Assembly (NCBI GenBank): GCA_963774955.1 | Contig: CAVZGV010000004.1 | Coordinates: 383,779 to 447,778, forward strand | Length of the DNA: 64,000 nucleotides | Direction: 5' to 3' | DNA from: Candidatus Falkowbacteria bacterium | GTDB lineage: Bacteria > Patescibacteriota > Patescibacteriia > CAIXNZ01 | In this document: positions 36,267-47,266 of the stretch, one piece after another | How positions within the stretch are numbered: the first letter of the stretch is position 1 | How the letters are laid out: every line of letters begins with the position of its first letter | The notes under the pieces: generated by a model | Told to the model about the DNA's origin: nothing | Databases searched by the model: none | What the model saw: the letters and a program-made list of their open reading frames with translations, nothing else | Translations under genes and position numbers: made by a program

Positions 36267-37031
36267 ATGAAATTTATCTTAGGAAAAAAAATAGCAATGA
36301 GCCAGAAGTTTAAGCCTGATGGTCAAGTAGTCCCCGTCACAATAGTGCAGGCTGGACCTTGTTTTATTTCACAGGTAAAAAAAGAGGCTAAAGACGGATA
36401 TTTAGCAGTACAAATAGGTTATGCAACCAAGAAAAAATTAAATAAACCCAATAGCGGTCATTTAAAAGACTTAGCTAAGGCTCGTTATTTGCGTGAATTC
36501 AGATTAGCTGAAGATCAGTCGGTTTTAGCCAGAGGGCAGAAAATTACAGCAACTATTTTTCAGACGGGTGATTTGGTTAATGTTACGGCAAATTCCAAGG
36601 GACGAGGTTTTCAGGGCGTTGTTAAAAGACATGGTTTTGCCGGTGCTCCGAAAACTCACGGCAATAAAGATCAATTACGACATGGTGGTTCTATTGGCGC
36701 ACAAAGGCCGCAACGCGTATTGAAAAACAAGAGAATGGCAGGCCGCATGGGGAATGATCAGATAACCGTGAAAAATTTGGAGATTATTGAAGTTGATGCT
36801 GTTAATAATTTATTATTTTTAAAAGGCGCCGTTCCTGGCTGTCGCAATGCTTTAGTCAGAATTACCGCACCAGGTGAAATGAAATTGGAAACTGAAATTA
36901 AAGCAGAAACTCAAGCAGCGGAAACAGTTCCTGAAATAAGGACGGAGGTAAAAACTGAAGTAAAAGTTGAAGAAATTGTAGTTAATAAAAATGAAAATGA
37001 GCAGGTCGCTCAAGCTGAAATCAAACAATAA
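36267..37031 (+). CDS. rplC: 50S ribosomal protein L3 (with E/K-rich C-terminal extension)
   Basis: L3 core with a ~50-aa charged tail. Confidence 0.9.
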   Translation: MKFILGKKIAMSQKFKPDGQVVPVTIVQAGPCFISQVKKEAKDGYLAVQIGYATKKKLNKPNSGHLKDLAKARYLREFRLAEDQSVLARGQKITATIFQTGDLVNVTANSKGRGFQGVVKRHGFAGAPKTHGNKDQLRHGGSIGAQRPQRVLKNKRMAGRMGNDQITVKNLEIIEVDAVNNLLFLKGAVPGCRNALVRITAPGEMKLETEIKAETQAAETVPEIRTEVKTEVKVEEIVVNKNENEQVAQAEIKQ

Positions 37032-37046
37032 GTTAATAATTTTTAT

Positions 37047-37682
37047 ATGCTGAAAGTCAAAGTTTACAATTTAGAAGGTAAGGAAGTTGACGAATTAAAA
37101 TTAGATTCAGAAGTTTTTGGCGTTGAGATTAATCCTGCCTTAGTTCACCAGGTGGTGGAAGCTCAAAATGCCAATGCCCGCTTGACTTTGGCCCACACCA
37201 AGACTAAAGGTGAAGTTAGAGGCGGTGGCCGTAAACCATGGAGACAAAAAGGTACTGGCAGAGCCAGACACGGTTCTTCTAGATCGCCCATATGGATCGG
37301 CGGCGGTATTACTTTTGGTCCTCGCACAGACAGAAATTACAGTAAAAAGATTAATAAGAAAATGAAAAAACGGGCCTTATATATGGGTTTAAGTGATAAA
37401 GTTAATGAAAATCAGCTGTTAGTTGTCGAAAAACTGGAATTGCCTGAAATTAAAACTCAAAAATTAGTAAAAATATTGACTAAACTACCGGGCAAAGAGG
37501 CAAAGTCAACTTTGATCGTTTTAGCAGCTAATGATAAAAATACGATTAAAGCAGCCCAGAATATACCTAAGGTCAAGACGATTTTAGCTGATAGTTTGAA
37601 TATTTTGGATATTTTGCAGTATAAATATTTATTGATTGATAAAGAAGGTATTAAAAAAATAATTTCTACCTATAAACAATAA
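37047..37682 (+). CDS. rplD: 50S ribosomal protein L4
   Basis: L4 family sequence, 211 aa. Confidence 0.9.
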   Translation: MLKVKVYNLEGKEVDELKLDSEVFGVEINPALVHQVVEAQNANARLTLAHTKTKGEVRGGGRKPWRQKGTGRARHGSSRSPIWIGGGITFGPRTDRNYSKKINKKMKKRALYMGLSDKVNENQLLVVEKLELPEIKTQKLVKILTKLPGKEAKSTLIVLAANDKNTIKAAQNIPKVKTILADSLNILDILQYKYLLIDKEGIKKIISTYKQ

Positions 37683-37688
37683 AAATAT

Positions 37689-38180
37689 ATGGGAATTTTT
37701 GACCGATTTAAAAAAAATCCAAAAGCTGGAATTAAAGATAAAACTGGAAAGAAAATTGAAGCTAAAGAAACTGCCAAGGAAGATAAGGCTGTACCGTCAA
37801 AAGAGACTGGCTCCACTTTAAAGCTAAAGAGCGAGGAAACCAAGCCAGAAGCAGGCAAAGAAATTAAGGCGAAAAGATCAAAAAAAGTTGAGACTGATTT
37901 GGCTTTCCAAATTTTAATTAAGCCATTGATTACAGAAAAAGCTACTGCTTTAGTTAGTCAGAATAAATATGCTTTTAAGGTTGCGCCAAAGGCCAATAAA
38001 ATGAATATTAAAAAAGCCATCACCAATTTATACGGCGTTAAGCCATTGGCAGTTAATATTATTAATGAAAGAGGTAAGAGAGTGACTTATGGAAGCATTC
38101 GGGGTAAAAAGAGTAACTGGAAAAAAGCTATTGTAACCTTAAAACCGGGCGATAAGATTGAAATTTACGAAGGAGTTTAA
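37689..38180 (+). CDS. rplW: 50S ribosomal protein L23 (K-rich N-terminal extension)
   Basis: The C-terminal ~95 aa is the L23 core. About 65 aa of K/E-rich extension at the N-terminus. Confidence 0.85.
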   Translation: MGIFDRFKKNPKAGIKDKTGKKIEAKETAKEDKAVPSKETGSTLKLKSEETKPEAGKEIKAKRSKKVETDLAFQILIKPLITEKATALVSQNKYAFKVAPKANKMNIKKAITNLYGVKPLAVNIINERGKRVTYGSIRGKKSNWKKAIVTLKPGDKIEIYEGV

Positions 38181-38257
38181 AATTAATTATTAATTATAAA
38201 TTTACAATTTCCAATCATTGAAAATTGAACATTGTAAATTGTAAAATATTAATAGAT

Positions 38258-39109
38258 ATGGGAGTAAAACTTTACAAACCACTAACAGCCGGCAGGCGAG
38301 GCGCAAGCGTTGATGATTTTAAGGATTTAACGGTTAAACGCCCCTGGAAAGGCTTGATTGTCATTAAGAAGAAGACAGGCGGCCGCAATGCCCAGGGTAA
38401 GATTACGGTCAGACATATCGGCGGCGGACAGAAACAATATATCCGAATGGTTGATTTCAAAAGAGATAAATTTGATGTGCCTGCAGTGGTGAAGACAATT
38501 GAATATGATCCAAATCGCAATGCTAGAATTGCCCTGGTTTTATATACAGACGGTGAAAAAAGATATATTGTTGCTCCAGGAGAATTAAAAGTTGGAAATC
38601 AGATTGTTTCTTATAAAGAAAAAACGCCGGAAATCAAGGCCGGCAATGCCATGAGCTTAGAAAAAATTCCAGTCGGTTCCATGATTTACAATATTGAAAT
38701 AACACCAGGCAAGGGCGGACAATTAGTTCGCAGTGCTGGCAACAGCGCCCAGCTAATGGCAGTCGAAGGCGATTATGCTACTATTAAATTACCATCAGGA
38801 GAAGTGCGAAAAGTATTAAAAAGTTGTTTGGCTGTTTTAGGCACTGTCAGTAATCCAGAAATTATGAATATTCGCTTGGGTAAAGCAGGTCGGACCAGAA
38901 ACAAGGGGATCAGGCCAACAGTCAGGGGCAAAGCAATGAATCCGGTTGATCATCCTCATGGTGGTGGTGAAGGTAAACATCCGATTGGCTTAAAATATCC
39001 TAAAACAAAATGGGGTAAGCATGCTTTAGGCGTTAGAACCAGGAAACCAAATAAATTTTCAAATAAATTAATTATTAGCAGGAAAAATAAACAAAAATTA
39101 GCCGGTTAA
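38258..39109 (+). CDS. rplB: 50S ribosomal protein L2
   Basis: [14 protein letters not shown]..., GGGEGK. The ATG at 38258 is preferred over the TTG at 38225. Confidence 0.9.
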   Translation: MGVKLYKPLTAGRRGASVDDFKDLTVKRPWKGLIVIKKKTGGRNAQGKITVRHIGGGQKQYIRMVDFKRDKFDVPAVVKTIEYDPNRNARIALVLYTDGEKRYIVAPGELKVGNQIVSYKEKTPEIKAGNAMSLEKIPVGSMIYNIEITPGKGGQLVRSAGNSAQLMAVEGDYATIKLPSGEVRKVLKSCLAVLGTVSNPEIMNIRLGKAGRTRNKGIRPTVRGKAMNPVDHPHGGGEGKHPIGLKYPKTKWGKHALGVRTRKPNKFSNKLIISRKNKQKLAG

Positions 39110-39246
39110 GGATAATTAATAATAATCCATAAAATACAGATATATGTCGCATGGCGGCATCCCGCGACTGCGGGGTTAATCATAGATAATGCCGAGAAGT
39201 ATTTCATCCGCAAAATCAGTGATTAAATAATCTAGTTTATAATATT

Positions 39247-39546
39247 ATGTCTAGAAGTTTAAAAAAAGGGCCATATATTAACGAGAAATTACTGAAAAAG
39301 ATTTCGCAATTGAAGGCGGGAGATAAAACAGTTATTAAAACTTGGGATCGCGCCGCTACGATTACGCCAGAAATGGTTGGTTTTAAAATTGGTGTTCATA
39401 ATGGCAGAGAACATTTAGTCGTTGATATCGTTGAAAATATGGTCGGTCATAAATTGGGAGAATTTGCCTTAACTAGAAAATTCGTGGTTCATGGCGGCAA
39501 GATGTCCAAAGAACAGCAAAAGGGGCCGGACGAAGCAAAAAAGTAA
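39247..39546 (+). CDS. rpsS: 30S ribosomal protein S19
   Basis: [11 protein letters not shown]... Confidence 0.9.
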   Translation: MSRSLKKGPYINEKLLKKISQLKAGDKTVIKTWDRAATITPEMVGFKIGVHNGREHLVVDIVENMVGHKLGEFALTRKFVVHGGKMSKEQQKGPDEAKK

Positions 39547-39565
39547 TCATTTAATTATTTGAAAT

Positions 39566-40165
39566 ATGCAAGTAATAGCAAAATTAAATTATTTACGAAT
39601 GTCTCCGAAAAAGGTAAGATTAATTGCTGATGTTATTCGGGGTATGAAAGTTGAGGCAGCATTGACTCAGCTGGCTTTTGTAAATAAACTGGCTACAAGG
39701 CCCGTGATTAAACTTTTGGATTCTGCGATTAGTAATGCGGAAAACAATTTTAGTTTAAAAAGAGATAATTTATTTGTAAAAGAAATTAAAGTTGATATGG
39801 CCGGTACGCTAAAGAGATGGCAGTATAAAGCTCATGGACGGGCAACTCCTTTAAGAAAGAGAAATGCTCATATTGTATTGATTTTAGATGAGTTGGTGCC
39901 AACTAAGGCTAAAGCGAAAAAAGTTAAAGCTGAAAAACCGGTGAAGGTAAAATCTTTGGAAAAAATTAAGGAAAAAGCTGCTTCGGAAAAGATTAAATTG
40001 CCAAAAGAAGAAATAATAACTAAGGAACATGAGAAAGAGACAGCAGAGCAGCCCTTCGATGTAAGATTAGAGGGCAAGCATAGGCATAAACAGAACGAAG
40101 ATAAAAGAAATATGAAGGGTGATAAGGGATTTATTAAAAAAATATTTAATAGAAAGTCAGGTTAA
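39566..40165 (+). CDS. rplV: 50S ribosomal protein L22 (K/E-rich C-terminal extension)
   Basis: L22 core in the first ~115 aa, then a charged tail. Confidence 0.85.
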   Translation: MQVIAKLNYLRMSPKKVRLIADVIRGMKVEAALTQLAFVNKLATRPVIKLLDSAISNAENNFSLKRDNLFVKEIKVDMAGTLKRWQYKAHGRATPLRKRNAHIVLILDELVPTKAKAKKVKAEKPVKVKSLEKIKEKAASEKIKLPKEEIITKEHEKETAEQPFDVRLEGKHRHKQNEDKRNMKGDKGFIKKIFNRKSG

Positions 40166-40177
40166 AAAATTACAAAT

Positions 40178-40837
40178 ATGGGACATAAAGTTAATCCAAG
40201 AGCAATTAGAATAAGTATTAATAAGGGTTGGGACTCCAAGTGGTTTTCCCGCCAGAATTTTGGCGCTTTTTTACGTCAGGACGTAGCTATTAGAAAATTT
40301 TTAAAAGCAAAATTAAAAGATGCTGGTGTCGCTAAAATTGAAATTGAACGCTCAGCTGAAAATTTAAATGTTATAATTTCCGCAGTAAAACCCGGGGTGA
40401 TTATTGGCCGCTCTGGTGTTGGTATTGAAGATTTAAAGGCAGCCTTAAAGAAAACTATTTTGAATAAGGAAGTAACCAAGGTACCTGGTAAGATGAATTT
40501 GAATATTAATATAATGGAAGTAGACAAGCCGAATCTTAATGCCCAAATAGTAGTAGATAATATTATTCTTGATTTGGAAAAAAGAATTCCTTTTAGACGT
40601 TCTATGAAGCAGTCCATAGGCAGAGTAATGCGTGCTGGCGCTAAAGGTGTTAAGGTCATGGTCGCTGGACGTTTGAATGGTGCTGAAATTGCCAGACGAG
40701 AAACTTTAACTGAAGGTGAAGTACCGCTACACACTTTACGAGCCGATATTGATTATACACCTGGTTATGCTCAAACGATTTATGGTAAAATCGGGGTCAA
40801 AGTTTGGATTTACAAAGGGGAAGTTTTTAATAAATAA
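40178..40837 (+). CDS. rpsC: 30S ribosomal protein S3
   Basis: [12 protein letters not shown]..., KH domain. Confidence 0.9.
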   Translation: MGHKVNPRAIRISINKGWDSKWFSRQNFGAFLRQDVAIRKFLKAKLKDAGVAKIEIERSAENLNVIISAVKPGVIIGRSGVGIEDLKAALKKTILNKEVTKVPGKMNLNINIMEVDKPNLNAQIVVDNIILDLEKRIPFRRSMKQSIGRVMRAGAKGVKVMVAGRLNGAEIARRETLTEGEVPLHTLRADIDYTPGYAQTIYGKIGVKVWIYKGEVFNK

Positions 40838-40854
40838 TTTGTAGGAATTTATAT

Positions 40855-41268
40855 ATGTTGATGCCCAAAAAAGTAAAACATCGCAAATGGCATAAAGGCC
40901 GTAAGCGCAATCAAGGAGTCAGTACCACCAGAACTGAATTGAATTTTGGCAGTTATGGCTTAAAAGCACTGACTCATGCTTGGATTACTGCTAGACAGAT
41001 TGAGGCTACCAGAAGGACATTGACCCATTATTTGAAGCGTGGCGGTAAAATTTGGATTAGAGTATTTCCTGATAAACCGGTTACTAAAAAGGGAGCTGAG
41101 GTGCCTATGGGCGGAGGTAAAGGTGCTCCGGATCATTTTGTGGCAGTAGTTAAGCCGGGAACAATATTATTCGAAATGGAGGGCGTGCCTGAAGATAAGG
41201 CTCGGGAAGCTATGCGTTTGGGCAGCTTTAAATTACCGGTTAAAACTAGATTTTTAAGCAAACAATAA
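40855..41268 (+). CDS. rplP: 50S ribosomal protein L16
   Basis: [16 protein letters not shown]... Confidence 0.9.
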   Translation: MLMPKKVKHRKWHKGRKRNQGVSTTRTELNFGSYGLKALTHAWITARQIEATRRTLTHYLKRGGKIWIRVFPDKPVTKKGAEVPMGGGKGAPDHFVAVVKPGTILFEMEGVPEDKAREAMRLGSFKLPVKTRFLSKQ

Positions 41269-41281
41269 TTTTATTAATCAT

Positions 41282-41491
41282 ATGAAAGCTAAAGAAGAGC
41301 TGAAAGAATTAAAGTTAAAATCAGCAGGCGAACTGCAGAAGCTTTTAAATTCTAGCCGGGAAAAATTACGAGAATTGAGATTTAAAGTATCTCAAAATCA
41401 GCTGAAGAATATAAGGGAGGTGAGAAGCTGCAAGAAAAAGATTGCCAAAATTATTACATTGATTAATCAAAAGCCAAAAGAAGTAAAATAA
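41282..41491 (+). CDS. rpmC: 50S ribosomal protein L29
   Basis: Size and position; KELRELRFK pattern. Confidence 0.8.
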   Translation: MKAKEELKELKLKSAGELQKLLNSSREKLRELRFKVSQNQLKNIREVRSCKKKIAKIITLINQKPKEVK

Positions 41492-41540
41492 TTTAAACCG
41501 TCAACCGCGGCTGAATGTCGCCAACGGTAAATATATAATT

Positions 41541-41798
41541 ATGGAAAGTAAGAAACCAAGAAAAAATTTAAGAAAATTCCAGGGGATAGTAGTAAGCGAT
41601 AAAATGGATAAAACTCGCGTGGTTATGATTACTAATTTAAAGTGGCATTCTAAATATAAAAAACAGTATAAAGTCAGTACTAAATATAAAATCCACGACG
41701 AGAAAAATCAGGCTAAAGTTGGTAATGAAGTTATTTTTCAGGAATGCCGGCCTTTAAGTAGGGATAAAAGATGGCGTTTAATTAAAATTGTAAAATAA
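41541..41798 (+). CDS. rpsQ: 30S ribosomal protein S17
   Basis: GIVVSDKMDKTRVV... Confidence 0.85.
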   Translation: MESKKPRKNLRKFQGIVVSDKMDKTRVVMITNLKWHSKYKKQYKVSTKYKIHDEKNQAKVGNEVIFQECRPLSRDKRWRLIKIVK

Positions 41799-41807
41799 GA
41801 TAAATAT

Positions 41808-42179
41808 ATGGTGCAGCATCGCACAATGTTAAAATTAGCCGATAATTCCGGAGCCAAGAAATTACAGGTAATTAGAGTTTTGGGCGGTTATAAAAAAAGA
41901 TATGGCCGTTTAGGCGATATTATTACTGCTACTGTTAAAGAAGCAGTACCTCACGGCATGGTAAAAAAGAGTGAGATAGTCCATGCAGTTTTAGTTCGGA
42001 CTGCAAAGGAAGTCAAAAGAAAAGACGGTTCATATATTCGTTTTGATGATAATGCGGCGGTTATAATTGACATGAAATCTAAAGAACCTGTTGGCAGCCG
42101 TATTTTAGGCCCAGTAGCCAGAGAGTTGAGAGCTGGTGGATTTAATAAAATTATTTCTTTAGCTCCCGAAGTTTTATAA
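41808..42179 (+). CDS. rplN: 50S ribosomal protein L14
   Basis: [17 protein letters not shown]... Confidence 0.9.
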   Translation: MVQHRTMLKLADNSGAKKLQVIRVLGGYKKRYGRLGDIITATVKEAVPHGMVKKSEIVHAVLVRTAKEVKRKDGSYIRFDDNAAVIIDMKSKEPVGSRILGPVARELRAGGFNKIISLAPEVL

Positions 42180-42200
42180 ATAATGACCAATTGATTATAT

Positions 42201-42557
42201 ATGAAGAAGAATTATATAACCGCCTATGGCGGAAAAATCAGATCCGGAGACAGAGTCAAGGTCCTAGCCGGTAAGGATAAGGGTAAGAAGGGAAAGGTCT
42301 TACAGGTTTTAGGTGAAAAGAATCGGGCTTCAGTCGAAGGTATCAATTTAATGGTCAAGCATATGCGCCCACGTAAGCAGGGTGAAAAAGGTCAGAAAAT
42401 TGAATTTCCGGCTCCGCTTAATATTTCCAATTTATTATTGATTTGTCCTAAATGCAATAGATCAATTAGAATTAAATATAAGTTTTTAGAAAAAACCGGA
42501 GATAAAAAAGCTAAAAAAGTTAGAATTTGCGGTAAATGTAAGGAATTATTAGATTAA
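42201..42557 (+). CDS. rplX: 50S ribosomal protein L24 with C-terminal C4 zinc-ribbon extension
   Basis: KOW-containing L24 core plus CPKCNRS...CGKCKEL. Confidence 0.85.
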   Translation: MKKNYITAYGGKIRSGDRVKVLAGKDKGKKGKVLQVLGEKNRASVEGINLMVKHMRPRKQGEKGQKIEFPAPLNISNLLLICPKCNRSIRIKYKFLEKTGDKKAKKVRICGKCKELLD

Positions 42558-42579
42558 TTAGAAATTTAAGCTATTATAT

Positions 42580-43125
42580 ATGAATTTAAAGGAATATTAT
42601 GTCAAGAAAGTTGTACCCGAATTGAACAAACAGTTTGGTTACAAAAATGAAATGCAGGTGCCTAAGTTAGAAAAGGCTGTTTTGAATGTGGGTTTAAGTA
42701 AAGGCTTGAAAGACGCTACATTTATTGATACAGTTGAAAGTACCTTGACTAGAATTACCGGACAAAAACCCATTAAAACCAAGGCTAAAAAATCAATTTC
42801 AAATTTTAAAATCAGAGAAGGCATGATTATTGGAATGAAGGTTACTTTGCGTGGTAAAAGACTGTACGATTTTGTGGAGAAATTAATTAAAGTAACATTG
42901 CCTCGCGTCCGAGATTTTCGTGGACTCGACACCAGGGTTTTGGATGAAAATGGCAATTTAACTATTGGTATAACAGAACATATTGCTTTCCCGGAAATCA
43001 GATCCGATGAAATTGAAAAGATTCATGGGTTAGAAGTTACTATTGTTACAACAGCAAAAGAAAAAAACGAAGCTAAGGCTCTATTCTCAGCTTTAGGCTT
43101 CCCATTTAAAGAAGAAAGTAAATAA
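42580..43125 (+). CDS. rplE: 50S ribosomal protein L5
   Basis: L5 family, 181 aa. Confidence 0.9.
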   Translation: MNLKEYYVKKVVPELNKQFGYKNEMQVPKLEKAVLNVGLSKGLKDATFIDTVESTLTRITGQKPIKTKAKKSISNFKIREGMIIGMKVTLRGKRLYDFVEKLIKVTLPRVRDFRGLDTRVLDENGNLTIGITEHIAFPEIRSDEIEKIHGLEVTIVTTAKEKNEAKALFSALGFPFKEESK

Positions 43126-43149
43126 TTTATTTTATAATTTTTTATTAAT

Positions 43150-43335
43150 ATGGCGACATCTGCTCAAATAGCAAAATCGAATAGAAAACCGAAATATTCA
43201 TCTAGGATTGTCAGACGATGCTGGCGCTGTGGTCGGGCCCATGGTTATATGCGTGATTTTCAGTTATGCCGTATCTGTTTTAGGGAATTGGCAGCTAAAG
43301 GTGCTATTCCAGGTGTAAGAAAGAGCAGTTGGTAA
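43150..43335 (+). CDS. rpsN: 30S ribosomal protein S14, zinc-binding type Z
   Basis: [23 protein letters not shown]. 61 aa. Confidence 0.85.
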   Translation: MATSAQIAKSNRKPKYSSRIVRRCWRCGRAHGYMRDFQLCRICFRELAAKGAIPGVRKSSW

Positions 43336-43381
43336 TTTTAATTAAATTATTTTGTCTAAATTTTAAACATAAACTATAAAT

Positions 43382-43777
43382 ATGATTACAGATCCAATTG
43401 CCGACATGTTAACAAGAATTCGCAATGCGCAGATGGTTAAAAAGAGTGAAGTTTTGGTACCATTTTCCAAACTTAAGTTTGAAATTGCAAAAATCTTGAA
43501 ACATGAAAATTATATTGGCGATTTTGAAAAAACTGAAGAAGCCAATTTCCCGCAATTGAAAATTGTTTTGAAATACGACGAGAATAATCAGTCAGCTATT
43601 CAGTCGATTCAAAGAGTGAGTCGACCTGGCCAGCGGGTATATGTTAGTAAAAATAAAATTAGAAATGTTTTGAATAATTTTGGTTTTGCAATAATTTCTA
43701 CCTCAGCTGGCTTGATGACTAGTAAAGAAGCAAAAAGAAAAGGAGTCGGCGGAGAAATAATTTGTGAAATTTGGTAA
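43382..43777 (+). CDS. rpsH: 30S ribosomal protein S8
   Basis: DPIADMLTRIRNA... Confidence 0.9.
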   Translation: MITDPIADMLTRIRNAQMVKKSEVLVPFSKLKFEIAKILKHENYIGDFEKTEEANFPQLKIVLKYDENNQSAIQSIQRVSRPGQRVYVSKNKIRNVLNNFGFAIISTSAGLMTSKEAKRKGVGGEIICEIW

Positions 43778-43858
43778 AAATCCTAACGATTATTAAAAAA
43801 ACACTGATATTTCGTCAAAGAAAGATGTTAAATTAATGGTTAAGTAATCTATAATATT

Positions 43859-44407
43859 ATGTCTAGAATAGGAAAAAAAATAATAGAGCTGCCGAGTGGG
43901 GTTGAAATTAAAATTTCTGATGATTTAATTACGGTTAAAGGGCCAAAAGGTGAATTAACTCAAAAACTTCATTCCTTTGTTAAGGTTGAAAAACAAGAAG
44001 ATGGCTTGGTCGTGACCGTTTCAAATCCCGAACAAAAGGATGGTAAGGCTATCTGGGGATTATTTAATCGTTTGATAAATAATATGGTTATCGGCACCAC
44101 CAAAGAGTTTCAAAAAAAATTGGAAGTAATAGGTGTCGGTTTTAAAGTGAATTTGCAGGGACAGAAATTAGTTTTAAATTTGGGTTTTTCGCATCCAGTA
44201 GAATACACATTACCACGAGGGATTAGCGGAGCAGTGGAAAAAAATATTATAACTATAATAGGCATTGATAAACAATTAGTAGGTGAGGTGGCAGCCCAGA
44301 TTAGAAGGCTCAAAAAACCCGAGCCATATAAAGGTAAGGGGATAAGATATCTTGGTGAGATAGTAAAGAAAAAAGTCGGCAAAGCAGCAGCTAAAAGCGC
44401 TGGTTAA
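43859..44407 (+). CDS. rplF: 50S ribosomal protein L6
   Basis: MSRIGKK.IELP.GV... Confidence 0.9.
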   Translation: MSRIGKKIIELPSGVEIKISDDLITVKGPKGELTQKLHSFVKVEKQEDGLVVTVSNPEQKDGKAIWGLFNRLINNMVIGTTKEFQKKLEVIGVGFKVNLQGQKLVLNLGFSHPVEYTLPRGISGAVEKNIITIIGIDKQLVGEVAAQIRRLKKPEPYKGKGIRYLGEIVKKKVGKAAAKSAG

Positions 44408-44440
44408 TTTTAGAAAGTAATAATAAATATAATCATTACT

Positions 44441-44800
44441 ATGGCAGATAAATTAAAAATTAAGATGAATTTAAGAGCCGCTAGAAAGGCAAGAATCAGA
44501 AAGCGGATTAAGGGTGACGATAAATGTCCTCGGTTTAGTGTTTATCGTAGCTTGCAGCATATTTATGCTCAGTTGATTGATGACCAGTCTGGCAAAACTT
44601 TAGTTAGCGCCAGTGATTTAGAATTGAAGACTCAAAAAGGAAAAAAACTTGATAAAGCTAAAGAGGTTGGTAAATTAATCGCTAAAAAAGCAGTTGATAA
44701 GAAAATAAGTCAGGTTGTTTTTGACCGTGGTGGGTTTAAGTTTCATGGCAGAGTTAAGGCAGTAGCAGAAGGCGCTCGCGAAGGCGGCTTAAAATTTTAA
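44441..44800 (+). CDS. rplR: 50S ribosomal protein L18
   Basis: L18 family; RLSVYRSLQHIYAQLIDD. Confidence 0.85.
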   Translation: MADKLKIKMNLRAARKARIRKRIKGDDKCPRFSVYRSLQHIYAQLIDDQSGKTLVSASDLELKTQKGKKLDKAKEVGKLIAKKAVDKKISQVVFDRGGFKFHGRVKAVAEGAREGGLKF

Positions 44801-44816
44801 TAATAAATTTTTTAAT

Positions 44817-45419
44817 ATGCCTAGAAGAGAAAAAAATCATAGAGAAGAAAAAGAATTTGAACAGCAAATTGTTGATTTGGCTAGGGTTACGCGTGTTACT
44901 TCTGGTGGTAAAAGAATGAGATTTCGAGCCACCTTAGCAATTGGTGATAAAAAGGGTAGAATAGGGATGGGGGTAGCTAAAGGAGCTGATGTAACTATTG
45001 CTGTAAATAAAGCCTATAATCAGGCTAAAAAGAAATTAATCAGAGTACCGATTGTTAATGAAACAATTCCACATAAAATTTTAATTAAGTATAAATCAGC
45101 TCAACTTTTATTAAAGCCGGCGCCAAAAGGCACTGGCATTAAAGTCGGAGGTGCAGTTCGTATCATCTGCGAATTGGCAGGTCTGGCTAATATCCGTGGT
45201 AAAATTCTAGGTTCAAATAATAAAATAAGCAATTTAAGGGCGACTTTAATTGCGATGCAAAGTTTTAAAAAATCCACTAAATCAGAAAAAGAGCTTACCT
45301 ATAAGGAAGAAAAAACAGCAGCTGAATTTAAATCAGTAGAGGATAAAAATGTAAAAATTGATGATAAAAAAAGTTTTAAGGAAAAAATAAAGAGTTTTAT
45401 TAAAAAAGGAGATAAATAA
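44817..45419 (+). CDS. rpsE: 30S ribosomal protein S5 (C-terminal K/E-rich extension)
   Basis: S5 dsRBD and core; tail after ~aa 150. Confidence 0.85.
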   Translation: MPRREKNHREEKEFEQQIVDLARVTRVTSGGKRMRFRATLAIGDKKGRIGMGVAKGADVTIAVNKAYNQAKKKLIRVPIVNETIPHKILIKYKSAQLLLKPAPKGTGIKVGGAVRIICELAGLANIRGKILGSNNKISNLRATLIAMQSFKKSTKSEKELTYKEEKTAAEFKSVEDKNVKIDDKKSFKEKIKSFIKKGDK

Positions 45420-45424
45420 AATAT

Positions 45425-45907
45425 ATGGCTTTGAATTTATACAATTTAAAACCTGCTAAAGGCGCAAAAAAACGAAAGATTAGAGTGGGTCGTGGTTTGT
45501 CTTCAGGCCATGGTACTTATTCCGGTCGTGGCGCCAAAGGACAGCGAGCCAGAAGCGGTGGTAAGGGCGGTCTTAAGGCCTTTGGATTAAAAGGCATTAT
45601 TCAAAGTACTCCTAAATTGGGAGGGTTTAGAAGTTTAAAGTCCAAATTGGAGATTGTTAATTTGTCTGATTTAGAAAAAAATTTTAAAGATGGTGATATA
45701 ATTACCCCCGGGTTATTAAAAGACAAGGGATTAATCAATGATACTAAAAAGGGAGTTAAAATATTAGGCGACGGTAAATTAACTAAAAAGTTGGTAGTTA
45801 AAGTTAATAAAATTTCCGAATCAGGCAAGGCTATGATAGAAAAAAATGGCGGCCAAGTGATTTTATTAGGCGCTGAAAGTTCTGATGAGCCTAAAGACAA
45901 TAAGTAA
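45425..45907 (+). CDS. rplO: 50S ribosomal protein L15 (directly follows rpsE; no L30 gene)
   Basis: MALNLYNLKPAKGAKKRKIRVGRG... Confidence 0.85.
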   Translation: MALNLYNLKPAKGAKKRKIRVGRGLSSGHGTYSGRGAKGQRARSGGKGGLKAFGLKGIIQSTPKLGGFRSLKSKLEIVNLSDLEKNFKDGDIITPGLLKDKGLINDTKKGVKILGDGKLTKKLVVKVNKISESGKAMIEKNGGQVILLGAESSDEPKDNK

Positions 45908-45916
45908 ATTTTAATT

Positions 45917-47191
45917 ATGTTGGAAAGGATAACTCAAATTTTTAAAGTCAGAGATTTACGCAAAAACATCTTTTATGTTTTGGCTTTGATTGTAATTTTT
46001 CGTATTGCAGCACATATTCCGGTACCTGGCATTAACCTTCAAAATTTGAAAGAATTTTTTAATTCTAATCAGATTTTAGGTCTGATTAATATTTTCTCAG
46101 GGGGTAGTATGGAAAACTTTTCTATTGTTGCCATGGGCGTTTCTCCTTATATTACCGCCTCAATTATTTTTCAGCTCTTGGTAATGATTATTCCGAAATT
46201 AGAACAGATCTCTAAAGACCCGGGCGGGCATCAAAAAATCAATAGTTGGACCAGGTGGTTGACTGTGCCCCTGGCTGTTTTACAGGGTTACGGGATGATT
46301 ACCATGTTGCGTTACCAGTCTTCTTTTAAGATTATTGAAAACTTAGAGATATTTGATTTAATTGTAACTTTGGTTACAATAACTGGCGGAACTATTTTCT
46401 TGATGTGGATTGGAGAATTAATTTCTGAGCAGAAGATTGGTAATGGTATATCACTTTTAATTTTTGCAGGTATCGTTTCTAGCTTACCCGGTATTGTTCA
46501 AAAAACATTAGCGGTCTTTGATCCTGCTCAGCTTATAAATATGTTAATTTTTGTGGCCATAGCCGTTGTTACTATTGTTGGCGTGGTTATTATAAATGAA
46601 GGTACACGCAATGTGCCAGTGTCTTATGCCCGCCACGTCAGAGGTAATCGCATGTATGGCGGAGTCAATACTTATTTGCCCTTGAAGGTTAATATGGCCG
46701 GAGTTATTCCTATCATTTTTGCTATTTCCTTGATTTTATTCCCCCCCATGATTGCTAATTTCTTTTTGCATGCCAAAACCAGATTTCTAGCTCAAGCTTC
46801 GGAATTTGTGATCAGTGTTTTTCAAAATCATTTGGTTTACGGCATATTATATTTTGTTTTTGTCTTCGCCTTTACCTATTTTTATACAGCAGTCATTTTC
46901 CATCCTCAACAAATTGCTGAAAATCTGCAAAAGAATGGCGGGTTTGTCCCAGGAATTAGGCCTGGTAAAAATACTGAAGATTATTTAGCACATGTTACCA
47001 ATCGTGTTATCTTTGCCGGTGCTTTGTTTTTGGGGTTAATCGCAGTTATGCCGTTGGTTATTCAGGAATTTACAGGTGGTTTGAATTTGGTAATTGGTGG
47101 TACTAGTTTGTTGATTGTAGTTAGTGTAGTTATCGAGACAGTAAAACAGGTTGAATCACAATTAACTGTCAGAGAATACGAGGGCTTATAA
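45917..47191 (+). CDS. secY: Preprotein translocase subunit SecY
   Basis: 10 TM segments and SecY signature regions, 424 aa. Confidence 0.9.
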   Translation: MLERITQIFKVRDLRKNIFYVLALIVIFRIAAHIPVPGINLQNLKEFFNSNQILGLINIFSGGSMENFSIVAMGVSPYITASIIFQLLVMIIPKLEQISKDPGGHQKINSWTRWLTVPLAVLQGYGMITMLRYQSSFKIIENLEIFDLIVTLVTITGGTIFLMWIGELISEQKIGNGISLLIFAGIVSSLPGIVQKTLAVFDPAQLINMLIFVAIAVVTIVGVVIINEGTRNVPVSYARHVRGNRMYGGVNTYLPLKVNMAGVIPIIFAISLILFPPMIANFFLHAKTRFLAQASEFVISVFQNHLVYGILYFVFVFAFTYFYTAVIFHPQQIAENLQKNGGFVPGIRPGKNTEDYLAHVTNRVIFAGALFLGLIAVMPLVIQEFTGGLNLVIGGTSLLIVVSVVIETVKQVESQLTVREYEGL

Positions 47192-47266
47192 GAATGTTTA
47201 TAAAAATTAAATATATGCTATAATAAAAAGGGACATTCCCTTTTTATTTTTTTTAGCTAATATTAG

